Assembly: GCF_028641065.1 (NCBI RefSeq)
Contig: NC_073393.1
Coordinates: 15,996,001-16,060,000 of the forward strand
Source of the DNA: Leucoraja erinacea
Lineage: Eukaryota
DNA length: 64,000 nucleotides
Direction of reading: 5' to 3'
In this document: in pieces, positions 14,876-25,137 of the stretch
Position numbering within the stretch: position 1 is the stretch's first letter
Layout: the number at the start of each line of letters is the position of its first letter
Notes under the pieces: model-generated
The model's input: the letters and a program-made list of their open reading frames with translations, nothing else
Told to the model about the DNA's origin: nothing
The model's database searches: none
Made by a program: the position numbers and the translations under genes

Positions 14876-14915
<40 letters not shown>
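14876..14915 (+). repeat. G40 homopolymer inside a degenerate ~130-bp tandem duplication (about 14860-15105)
   Basis: aagcattaacatttg...cttctgaccac...atacatgggtatg occurs twice. Confidence 0.85.
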
Positions 14916-14916
<1 letters not shown>

Positions 14917-16156
14917 AAGCATGGGAGGCTTCTGACCACTATTCAGCGACTCTATAACAAGTGTAAACATACATGGGTATGGATAAATGGCAAAAGCATT
15001 AACATTTGCATACAAACACACAGGTTAAGGCAAGAATAAAAAAGCAAATGAGACTTCTGACCACATGAATCTCTACTGAGTGTTAATATACATGGGTATG
15101 AGTATATGACAGTTAAATCCAATTGTGATCCAAGTCCTTTGACCTGCTTTCCTTGCCTAGGTTTAGATAGACCGAGCACTTTGGACAAATATAATATTCA
15201 CAAAATGGCAATATTTAAGTAGGATGGGAAAAATTTGAATCTTTTTTTGTGCTCAGATTTGGATACAGCTGTTGTAGAAACTGTCTGAAGACTTTAAATT
15301 CCACTAACTAAAACACTATAAATATTTGTTGGGCACCATCTTGCCTATGAAATGTGCATCCAAGCCGAAATTGTTTCAAGTTCCGATTTCATCTTCAAAG
15401 TTCAAAAAGTTTGCAATTCATATTCATGTAGATTCATGAGTAGCTTAAAGGGAATTTCCTGTTTATTAACTCACTGCAGAACAACATTATGGCTATTATA
15501 AAATATCATGTTTTACCAAGTTTGCGATATTTTGAATTTAACAGAATAATTTCCAAAATATTTACGATGCTTTAAAACTTTGGACAAACATTTCAACTAA
15601 ATACAATGACGAATAAAAGGTATTTCCTAACACATCACAACAAGAATCCAATGCCAGTGGCAAATAATCAGATTCACAACGTTTATTTGACTAATTTACA
15701 ATGTTATTTTGTATGTTCTAAATATTTATCCCAAGTGAAACATATCTTTCAGTTCAGTAAATTGTTTGAAGATTTTGATGTAGATGTTTAAAAATACAAA
15801 GTATCCAATTTTAAAATAACGCAAAATAAAAGTTCTGCAGAATATTCGATTCCTTCCAACAGAGAAAATCACGGGAAATTAAGGAAATATTATCTGACCA
15901 TCGGAGTTTTTAGCGATAATTCAACTACATCGCATTATCACCAGAAAATTCACATAACTCCTATATTTTAAAAACGCTTTGGGGGACTTGCAATTTTACT
16001 TTCAACATTTCGCACATTTAGAAAAATCTGAAGCAAGTCAATGCCTTAACTATTTTGCCTCTTGAAAGTATGAAGCTTGGACAGAAAGTCCTCTCGATTT
16101 TTAGATTTCCGGCGACAGGAAGGGGGCGGGGTGAAGGGAGAAACCCAAACACTCAC

Positions 16157-16549
16157 CCAAATACACCAGCCGTCTGATACCAGGTACCAGGCTATTTCCA
16201 GGGCGAATCCGTGGCCTTGAGCCCACTCCGGTCTGCCCGAGAGTCCCAAATCGGGCTCACCATGGTCAACGTAGATCCCTGCGCCGGGGTGGACGCGCTG
16301 CTCGCGGTCTGCTCCGGTATCCCCGTCGCTGTTGGCTTCGGCGGCCGGTAGATCGCCGCTTATGGCGTCAATAGGGATGGGAGTGCCGAGGTTGGGATGG
16401 TAACGAGGGACAGAGATCGGAGCTTGGCCCGGGGGCAGGCTGAGGTGAGAGTAGGCGCTGAAGAGGCTGGCGGCGAGCAGTACCGCGCTGAGGGCTGTGT
16501 ACAACCTCAGACTGGGCCAAGGGAAGCGTTCGAGGAAAAGCAGCGGCAT
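16157..16549 (-). CDS. AMFR: AMFR/gp78 E3 ubiquitin ligase, coding exon 1 (131 codons); later exons not found in the window
   Basis: Translates MPLLFLERFPWPSLRLYTALS...IAWYLVSDGWCIW, matching the AMFR N-terminus (human MPLLFLERFPWPSLRTYTGLS...QYLLSDSLFVW). Ends at phase-0 donor TGG|GTGAGT. CpG-rich context. Confidence 0.95.
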
Positions 16550-16830
16550 GATCGGGCCGAGGCTCGACTTGCGGGTGAGGGTGAGGGTGAGAGCGGCGCT
16601 GCCGTTAGCCAGTGACGAAGCGCGGGCGCGAACCGCTGTCTCCCCTGCTCCTCCCGAGTTTGTGGCGAGTAGCAGTGGGCGACGTCGCCAACAAGCGGGG
16701 CGGCTGGTGATCTGTTGAAAGCACCCGGAAATGAAATGTGTGAGACGTCAGCACAGTTCAGGGAACATCCTGAAAGGGGTGAGGTCACGTTGCCATGGTT
16801 ATAATCTCCGGGGTCACTGCTGCAGTCGCG
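16550..16830 (-). promoter_or_regulatory. AMFR 5'UTR and CpG-island promoter
   Basis: CpG-rich segment directly upstream of the AMFR ATG. ETS core CCGGAA near 16725; X-box-like GTTGCCATGG near 16789. Confidence 0.65.
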
Positions 16831-17207
16831 ACATTATTCTCATCTGCGGTCAATGTAATTGTAATCATGTGATAATCTTGCTATAAATCGCCGTGGAAAA
16901 TTGAAGAAATTATATCTTATATTTCTCTTTCATGTCTAGTTTTCACACCTTACACTTAGGGGTGGGAGTTTATCTCTGTGTCTCCCTCTCCCCTGACTCA
17001 GTTTGAAGACAGGTCTCAAGCTGAAATGTCACCCATTCCTTCCATCCAGAGATGCTGCGTGTCCCGCTGAGCTACTCCAGCATTTTGTTGTCTGGTACGT
17101 TAGGAACACTTGGCGCTGGAATAATTCGGCGGGTTCGATGACATCCCTAAAGTACATATTATGACGTTGTAGAAATAACGACAAGTAGTTTAACTTCATA
17201 AGTTTAT

Positions 17208-18037
17208 AGGGTGATTTCACGAAAGGTCACTGGAGCGTAGATCCGCACCCACGTGACCGAAAATCTCAACTGGAGTACATGTTATACATCGGTGCATGTT
17301 AGTGATTGGGAAAACACGCACTTTCCCACCCGTTAAAAACATCCAAATGTCAATGTCCACAACAAGGCAGGATGGAAACTCAGGACTATGCCTTAGCTTA
17401 TGGAAGGACCATTCAGAAGCATAATAACGGGGGAAGAAGCTGTTGCTGAGTCTGGTGGTGTGTGCTTTCAAGCTTCTGTTTCTTCTGCCCTACGAGGACA
17501 GTGGGAAGCAGAAATGACCGGGGTAGGAATGGTCCTTGATTATGTTGGCTGCTTTCCCAAAGCAGCGTGATATGTAAATGGTGTCAATGTATGCGAGTCT
17601 GGTCTGTGTGGTGGACTGAGCTGCATCCACAACTCTCTGCAATATCTTGCAATCTTGGGCAGGCATTATTAACTTACTTTTGATGAAATTCAGCGAGCAA
17701 ACGCGATAATTCCCGATATTTTGGATCTTTAAATCTCCACGGCAAATGTCTGCTAAGCACTTCCGCTGTTTTTCCACCTTCAGTTCCCTCTTGTAATTAC
17801 CTTACTTTCTATCTTTATTTTTGCCTGAAAATTTAGGTCGCTGTGCATCACGGTCACCCCGACTAGCACAGAAAATATCAGCTCAAATATCGGCCGTTTT
17901 CCATGTTTTTAACGGGTGGGAAAGTGCGTGTTTTCCCATTCACTAACATGTACCGATGTATAACATGTACTCCAGTTGAAATTTTCGGTCACGTGGGTGC
18001 AGATCTACGCTCCAGTGACCTTTCGTGAAATCACCCT
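17208..18037 (-). mobile_element. Non-autonomous TIR DNA transposon (ISL2EU/Harbinger-like) with THAP remnant and nested LINE fragment
   Basis: 135-bp near-perfect TIRs 17208-17342 and 17903-18037; AT on both flanks; AGGG...CCCT ends; THAP-like KQRKCLADICRGDL...NYRVCSLNF; Rex1-like insert about 17350-17665. Confidence 0.85.
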
Positions 18038-18142
18038 ATTGACCACGAAGCAACCAAACTATTGACAAAGCCCCTGCATTCCGTTCAGTACTCCCTGTCT
18101 GAACTGCTCCTGGATGGCACGCATGCGTTAAATAACATACTT

Positions 18143-20520
18143 TGGCGGTATGACAAGAACGACAACTGAATTTTTAAAATAATTTTTATTCGCAAATTCA
18201 CTCTTCAGTTTACAGGCTTTCTTGTCACGTCTGGCTACAATGGTGGTCAGTGCTGACCTGCCGCGCGAAAACAAAACCGCGCAAAATCAAGCAGCCCCTC
18301 CCGAGTCACGTGACCGCGGCTTCCAAACCTGTTCGATACCCGCAGGCGCCGCTACATGCCCCCTATAACATGCGCTGGCTTAAGGTGGCTCACAGAGACG
18401 AACTCCTTGCCACCCATGTCCAACGTAAACGTCGAGGCACCAGTCCTCAGTACCCTGTACGGACCCTCGTACACCCGCTGTGACGGCGAGCGGTGAGCAT
18501 CCCTACAAAGGAAAACATAAGCACAATCCCGTAACATAGTAGGTACATGCACCGCAACCGAACCATGCCGGGAAGTGGGAACCGGGACCAAAGCGTGCGC
18601 CCGCTCGCGAAGGTCAGCTAACACCGCCAAAGCCGGGATTTCCTGATCCCGGGAGACGGGCAGGAAATCCCCAGGTACTCGCAAAACCGAGCTGTAAACC
18701 AACTCGGCAGAGGAGCTGTTGAGGTCCTCCTTAGGAGTGGTTCTGATGCCTAGGAGGACCCAAGCAACTGGTCGACCCAATTGGGGCCAGTGAGCCAAGC
18801 TTTCAACGCTGACTTGAGCCTGTAGAAACGCTCAACCAAACCGTTGGACTCTGGGTGATACGCGGTGGTCTGGTGCAGCTTCGCGCCATACAGCTGCACC
18901 ATACCACTCCACAGGGATGACGTGGCCCCATGATCAGTAGTGATATCAGAGGGAACCGCTAGAATACTCTCTAGAATTTAGGAGATTGAGAGGGGATCTT
19001 ATAGAAACTTACAAAATTCTTAAGGGGTTGGACAGGCTAGATGCAGGAAGATTGTTCCCGATGTTAGGGATGTCCAGGACAAGGGGTCACAGCTTAAGGA
19101 TAAGGGGGAAATCCTTTAAAACCGAGATGAGAAGAACTTTTTTCACACAGAGAGTGGTGAATCTCTGGAACTCTCTGCCACAGAGGGTAGTTGAGGCCAG
19201 TTCTTTGGCTATATTTAAGAGGGAGTTAGATGTGGCCCTTGGGGCTAAGGGGATCAGGGGGTATGGAGAGAAGGCAGGTACGGGATACTGAATTGGATGA
19301 TCAGCCATGATCATATTGAATGGCGGTGCAGGCTCGAAGGGCCGAATGGCCTACTCCTGCACCTAATTTCTATGTTTCTAACCCCGAAACGAGCAATCCA
19401 ATTCGAGACGATGGCCCTCGCGCAAGCCTCAGCGGAGGTATCCGCTAACGGTATCGCCTCCGCCCACCTGGTAAACCTGTCCACGATAGTCAGTTGGTGA
19501 GTAGCCCTGCGCGAACACGGCAAGGGACCCAGCAGGTCAACATGGATGTGCAGGAACCTGCTGTTCGGGACAGCGAAATCCTGCACATGTCTCTGCACCT
19601 TGGAATTCTGGCACGGGATGCAGGAATGGGCCCATGCTGCGACCTGCTTTCTCAACCCATGCCAGACGATCTTGGCCGCGACCAAGGCAGAGGTGGCGCA
19701 AATGGACGGGTGCATTAGGCTGTGGATAGTCGAAAATCATACGCCTCCAAGCAACCGGGACAATGGGACGGGCTTTGCCCGTGGAGATATCGCAAAGGAC
19801 TCGCACGCCGGCGGCGCTGCAGGGCACCTTAGCCAGCTTGAGATCTGATTCAGCATTGCTGTAAACCTCCATGCCGGCATCTGTCTGTTGGGCAGCGGCC
19901 AGCTCCACATAATCCACGCCTAAACTTAACGCTGAAACTGCGGGCGGTGCTGGGCGGGACAGCGCGTCAGCCACAACGTTCAGCTTCCCTGCCACATGCC
20001 GAATATCAGATGTGAATGCGGTAATGTAGGCGAGGTGCCGCTGCTGTCTGGCAGACCAGGGATCGGATACCTTGGTCTACGCAACCGTGAGTGGCTTGTG
20101 GTCCGTGAATGCGATGAATGCAAGCCCCTCCAGGAAATAACGCAGATCGCTAGGTAGAGCGCAATATGTTTCCGGTCGAAAGCGCTATACTTAATTTCGG
20201 GGACTCACAGCTGCCTGCTGAAAAATGCCAGCAGCACCCAGCGACTACATGCTCATTGCTCGAGGACGGCGCATACCGCGACGTCGGAAGCGTCCACGGT
20301 GAGGGCCGTTTGGGCGTTCCAGCATAGTGGCGTTGGCCAATGCAGTCTTAGCCCCCTCGAATGCCGTCTCTGCCTCCTTGGACCAGACCTGGCATACCGG
20401 CCAGGCATTGGAACAACGGCCGCAAGATGGTGGCTGCTGACGGGACGAATTGGTGGTAGATATTAACCATCCCGATAAACTCCAGCAGGCCCTTGACAGA
20501 TAGGGGCCTCGGGAAGCGAT
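18143..20520 (-). mobile_element. Gypsy LTR retrotransposon A: pol (RT-RNaseH-integrase) remnant and 3' LTR
   Basis: GKLNVVADALSR, HIHVDLLGPLP, IVDRFTRWAEAIPL, LLGIRTTPKEDL, YEGPYRVL; purine tract then TGTAG LTR start at 18356; AATAAA within the LTR. Confidence 0.88.
18958..19379 (+). mobile_element. CR1 3' fragment inserted into the Gypsy A integrase
   Basis: RGDLIETYKILKGLDRLDAG...; splits FGV|PSDITTD with duplicated aacc; TTTCTATG-type tail. Confidence 0.92.
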
Positions 20521-22960
20521 GGGTAGCATGATAATCAGGTTGAGAGGTATAACGGAATCATTTGGAAAGCAGTGATGCTGGCTTTAAAGTCAAATGACAT
20601 ATCAGATCAGCAGTGGGAATGTGTTCTACCAGATGCATTGCACTCTGTAGATTGGTTATTGCATGTGAACCAATCATAGTAGAAATAACATCACTAACTG
20701 CACCTTACTGTATGATTCATACTAACACCCACTTCCTATACTGGTCAGTCTTGGAAGCAGTAACGATGAACTAACAACTAACAACCTGCTGTACCGCTAC
20801 ATTATGGGTACTGATTAAAGATGATCTTGAACACCAGATTGTAAAGTCTGCTTATTTACATGGTGTCAGAAGTGAGATCCAGTTCTTACCAGAATCTCAA
20901 GACCAGCTCGACTCTGCCCACGAGGACAAAACCAAACAATTCCTGAATCCAGCGAACGACACCCCTATGAATGGAACGAGATTACGATTCTCAGCATTGA
21001 CTTAATTCCCAGGGAATGATTGTGCCGTCTAGCCGAACATACAGCCGCTGACGTCACTCTCCAGCGACTCTCATCCATAATTAAAAGGGGCTAGCCAGAC
21101 AGGCAATCCTGCACACCACTGGAGGTGCAGCCGTTCTTCTTAGTCCGTGATGAACTGGTAATACAGGACGGTGTCGTAGTTAAGGGCCACAAAGTCGTGA
21201 TCCCTTCATCCTTACGTGACGGCTACTACAAAGAGTCACACAGCTGCCACCCAGGCACCGATGCCACGCTGGCCCACGCAAAGAATATGTTTTACTGGCC
21301 TGCAATGGCCAAGTACATACGGGACAGGACAGCCTCCTGCTCCATCTGCAAGAGCCTGGTGCCACACCAACAGAGACAGCGCCTGCTACCTCCACCAGCA
21401 CTGCCCTGGACAACGCTGGCACAATAAATATTATCTAGTCCTGGTCGAATCCTACTCTAACTGGTTCAAACTTGATTTACTGCTCGCTATCACATCAGAA
21501 ATGGTAATTCAAAAGCTATAGAGACACTTCTCCACATTCGGCGCACCTGTCCGCTTGCAAACCGACAACGGAAGACAATTTACCAGCTATGCGTTCAAAT
21601 ACTTTGCCAACCGATGGAATTTACACCATGTCATGAGCAGCCCCGAGTATCCACAATGTAACGGGCTCGCTGAACGAGCCATCAGAAGCGCGAAACAGCT
21701 AATGGAACGTGCCCACCTAGCCAAGTCGGATGTGTACCTCAACCTTTTAAACCTCAGAAACATCGCTCGAGACGGGGTCCTAGGCTCACCAACCCAACGC
21801 CTGATGTCCAGAACAACGAGACCACCGATACCAATCGCTCAGCAGAAGCTGGTACTACAGGTGCTGAAGCCAGCCACGATCCAGAAGCGCATCCAGGAGA
21901 AACACAACATCCAGAAACGATCACGTGACAAGTCCAACAAACCACTTAAACCACTACTGCCGGGCCAAGTCGTCCGTTTGCAAACTACTATGGGACATTC
22001 CCGTCTAGGTTGCGTTGTTGGCCCGTCAAAAGTACCCCGATCCTACCCTGTTGACATCGATGGTGCCTTGTACCGTCGCCGCCGCCAACACTTGCTGGTT
22101 GTGAAGGAACCACGTCCCCACCAGCCGATCCTTTTGCTCCACCTCTACTGTTCCAGCCATCTGCTGCCGTGGCCACCACTAGTTCTAGCATGTCCCTCAC
22201 TCCACCACGTCCAGTGGCTATGACTAACAACAACACTACCTCTCCCGCATGCTCTCCCTGTTGGTCACCACGAGTGTCCCCTGCACCTTTCTCACTTCCG
22301 GGTTCACCGCCTCCCTCTAATTTCTCTGGCGAAGAGGGAGAGGGGTTGGTCCGTGCGCGTTCGGGCCGTATTAGTAGAGTATGTTTGAATTCTAGCTGCA
22401 TGTGTGTTTAACTATATTCGCTCCTTACGGGGAAGGATGTAGATTGGTTATTGCATGTGAACCAATCATAGTAGAAATAGCATCACTAACCCCACCTTAC
22501 TGTATGATTCATACTAACACCCACTTCCTATACTGGTCAGTCTTGGAAGCGGTAACGATGAACTAACAACTAATAACCTACTGTACCGCTACATTATGGG
22601 TACTGATTAAAGATGATCTTGAACACCATATTGTACAGTCTGCTTATTTACACATTCCATCAGATCTCTACTGTCAACTGCTACCAATACTACTCAACAC
22701 GAGCGGTTCTTTAACTTGAAACACCGTTCTTCGAGTGGTACTTCTCTGCCATCATGGTTGACCAGCACTGGGCCTGTTGCTTCGTCGATACGTCCGATCA
22801 AATAAGAATGAGCCTTTTGTTGATGAAGTTGAACTGACTGATGTCAACCCTTCTTATGCAACTATCAAGTATCAGGATGGACATCAGTCAACCGTCTCAC
22901 TTCGTGACCTTGCACGATGTCCGTCTTCTCCATCAGCTCCATCACTCCTTGATAATATAA
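20521..22960 (+). mobile_element. Gypsy element C integrase remnant, interrupted by element B
   Basis: QVERYNGIIWKAVMLALKS...WECVLPDALH|SIRSLLSTATN...LRRYVRSNKNEPFVDEVEL...STVSLRDLA reads across the B insertion. Confidence 0.85.
20646..22652 (+). mobile_element. Internally deleted Gypsy element B with two 215-bp LTRs
   Basis: LTRs 20646-20860 and 22438-22652 (TGTA...TACA, 8 mismatches); PBS TGGTGTCAGAAGTG (tRNA-Leu-like); PPT GGGGAAGGA; TSD cactc/cattc; integrase H2C2 and DDE (QTDNGRQF...NGLAERAI). Confidence 0.95.
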
Positions 22961-23089
22961 ATCGAGAACTTCCTTCAACACTCCCATCATCCCCTAGTAA
23001 ATTACAAGCAGCGTAAAATTTTAATTAACCTCACAACATATATATCCATATATTTACATGTGTATATTTAAAAATATAATTGCCTTCAT

Positions 23090-23640
23090 GGTTTATGTAC
23101 ATCCCAGATAGTACAATGAAATTCTTACTTTGCTTCAGCACAACAGAATATAGTAGGCATGAATACAGAACAGATCAGTGGGTCCATATACCATTATATA
23201 AATATATACACACATGAATAAACAGATAAGGTGCAAATAAACAGATAATGGTCTATTAATGTTCAGAGTTTTGTTTCATTTGAGTTTAATAGCCTGATGG
23301 CTGTGGGGAAGCAGCTATTCCTGAACCTGGACGTTGCAGTCTTCAGGCTCCTGTACCTTCTACCTGAAGGTAGCGTGTGGCCAGGATGGTGTGGTGCCAG
23401 CCTTTTTGAGGCAGCAATAGATCTCCTCGATGGTAGGGAGGTCAGAGCCGATGATGGACTGGGCAGTGTTTACTACTTTTTGTAGTCTTTAGCGCGCCTG
23501 GGCGCTCAAGGTGCCGAACCAAGCCTACTCTCTACTGTGCACCTGTAGAAGTTAGAGAGAGTCCTCCTTGACATACCAACTCTCCGTAATCTCAGGAAGT
23601 AGAGGCGATGATGTGCTTTCTTTATAATTGCATCAGTGTA
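23090..23640 (-). mobile_element. Rex1/Babar LINE 3' end
   Basis: gatggctgtggggaagcagctattcctgaacctgg and aggaagtagaggcg motifs shared with other copies. Confidence 0.75.
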
Positions 23641-24122
23641 ATCAAAGTTGCTTCTGATCCATGAGAAGGAACTTTATCTATTTATCTCTAACTTGCCTCT
23701 CACACACACAAACACACATTCATATATATAAATATATATATTTACATCTATGTTAAATTTAATTTTGTGCACAGTGTGTGTTAAAACAATACAAGGGGAA
23801 CTGCACAATACAATGCAAGGGAAACTGTACAAAGGAGGGGGCTGGGAGGAAGGATGGGAGGGAAATAGGCAGAAACAGGGGGGAAACATTTACAATAAAA
23901 TTAATTAAAATATGTGAAGTAATAAATGAGCTATATCACACACTGTTCCCCTACAACACTGATTACACCAAAGATGATGGAGCGGATTACAGTGCGAGAG
24001 GCACAACGGAAGTCACGTTTTGCATTGAAAGATGGCGGCCGTGACGCTCCGTTACGTACAACACCTCAGTGCGTTGGATTACGTAGGAGTGGAGTATCTT
24101 GCACCGCTCTATCATCTTTGGT
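23641..24122 (-). mobile_element. Non-autonomous element with terminal and internal inverted repeats and microsatellite (Helentron/HINE-like)
   Basis: accaaagatgatggagcgg (23967) inverted against ccgctctatcatctttggt (24104-24122); left end atcaaagttg resembles the same repeat; (CA)n/(TA)n at about 23700-23740. Confidence 0.5.
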
Positions 24123-24259
24123 TCTTACCTCGGCAATTTTCCAAATAGATTTATGTACTTAACAGCTTGCTCAGAGCTGCGTGCAGTTCTGGAGCACGTC
24201 TTCAGCCAAACCACTGGGATATTCTCGATCCCTAGATCCTATACCGAATACACCTCAGT

Positions 24260-24287
24260 CTGAAGAAGGGTTTCGGCCCGAAACGTT
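24260..24287 (+). ncRNA. Minimal type I hammerhead ribozyme core (Penelope-associated)
   Basis: CUGAAGA-A-GGGU(UUCG)GCCC-GAAAC-GUU. Confidence 0.7.
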
Positions 24288-24759
24288 GCCTATTTCCTTC
24301 GCTCCATAGATGCTGCTGCACCCGCTGAGTTTCTCCAGCTTTTTTTTGTGTAACACACGTTATCCAGTCTTGGCATCATATGCTGTGAAACAAATTCACT
24401 GAAAACTGCCCTTTCTGATGGCGGAGACCTCAATAATAGGAAATGGTGATCCACTTGACATTTCTGTCTGAAAAAGGTTGCATAGGCTCCCCCTCTATAA
24501 GAAGTCAAAAGCAAAATACTGCATATGCTGGGATTGTGAAATAAAATATAATTATATACCGGAAACGCTGAACAGTTCAGACAACTGCTGATATCTGAAG
24601 AAAAAGAAAGATAACTGCTTCTCTCTCACAGGCGCTGACCTTTCGAGTATTTCCAGATTTTAATTCTCACTTCAAAGAACTGTCTTTCTGCTTTATATTG
24701 TTTTTATTTGCAGCTGAAGTAAAAGCTCCCTCTGCTGGTCTCGACAATTGCCCGCACTC

Positions 24760-25024
24760 CAGCAGCAGCAGCAGCAGCAGCAGCCCCCACATGGCGGCGG
24801 CGGCGGCGGCGGCGGCGGCACGGACCGGCCAATCACGTGCACATCCCTTCTGGCGCCGTTCTCTCACCCGGAAGTGCTGTGCTCACCCGGAAGCGAATCT
24901 CTTCGGTTAAAGCGCCAAGACAGGTTCATTCGTAGATTCGAGTTCTTAGCGTTGTAGACTTTTGTCTGTTCCCGTGGCTTCGCCGTGTCCTAGAGTCTAC
25001 TCCCGCAGACGGAGATCTGCTGCC
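24760..25024 (+). promoter_or_regulatory. NUDT21 CpG-island promoter/5'UTR, possibly bidirectional
   Basis: (CAG)n and (GCG)n tracts, CCAATCACGTG (CCAAT plus E-box) near 24829, and tandem ETS/GABP sites CTCACCCGGAAG (CCGGAAG at 24868 and 24887). Confidence 0.75.
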
Positions 25025-25137
25025 ATGTCTGTGGTTCCACCGAGCCGCTCGCAGGCTGGCTGGCCTCGAGGTGTCTCTCAGTATGGGAACAAATATCTGC
25101 AGGCCAAGCCCCTGACCCTGGAAAGGACCATTAACCT
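25025..25137 (+). CDS. NUDT21: NUDT21 (CFIm25) exon 1
   Basis: gccATG; [37 protein letters not shown](L); donor CT|GTGAGT, phase 2. Confidence 0.97.

Noticed and set aside
16397-16788. Antisense and overlapping ORFs around AMFR exon 1
   Set aside because: Expected in GC-rich CpG-island DNA; no independent coding signal.
24032-24148. ATGGCGGCC ORF MAAVTLRYVQHL... as a gene start
   Set aside because: 38 aa, lies almost entirely inside an inverted-repeat element, no recognisable homology.
24380-24430. ERAVFSEFV resembling the OGFOD1 N-terminal AEFSDAV
   Set aside because: Only a few matching residues; no other OGFOD1 sequence found.
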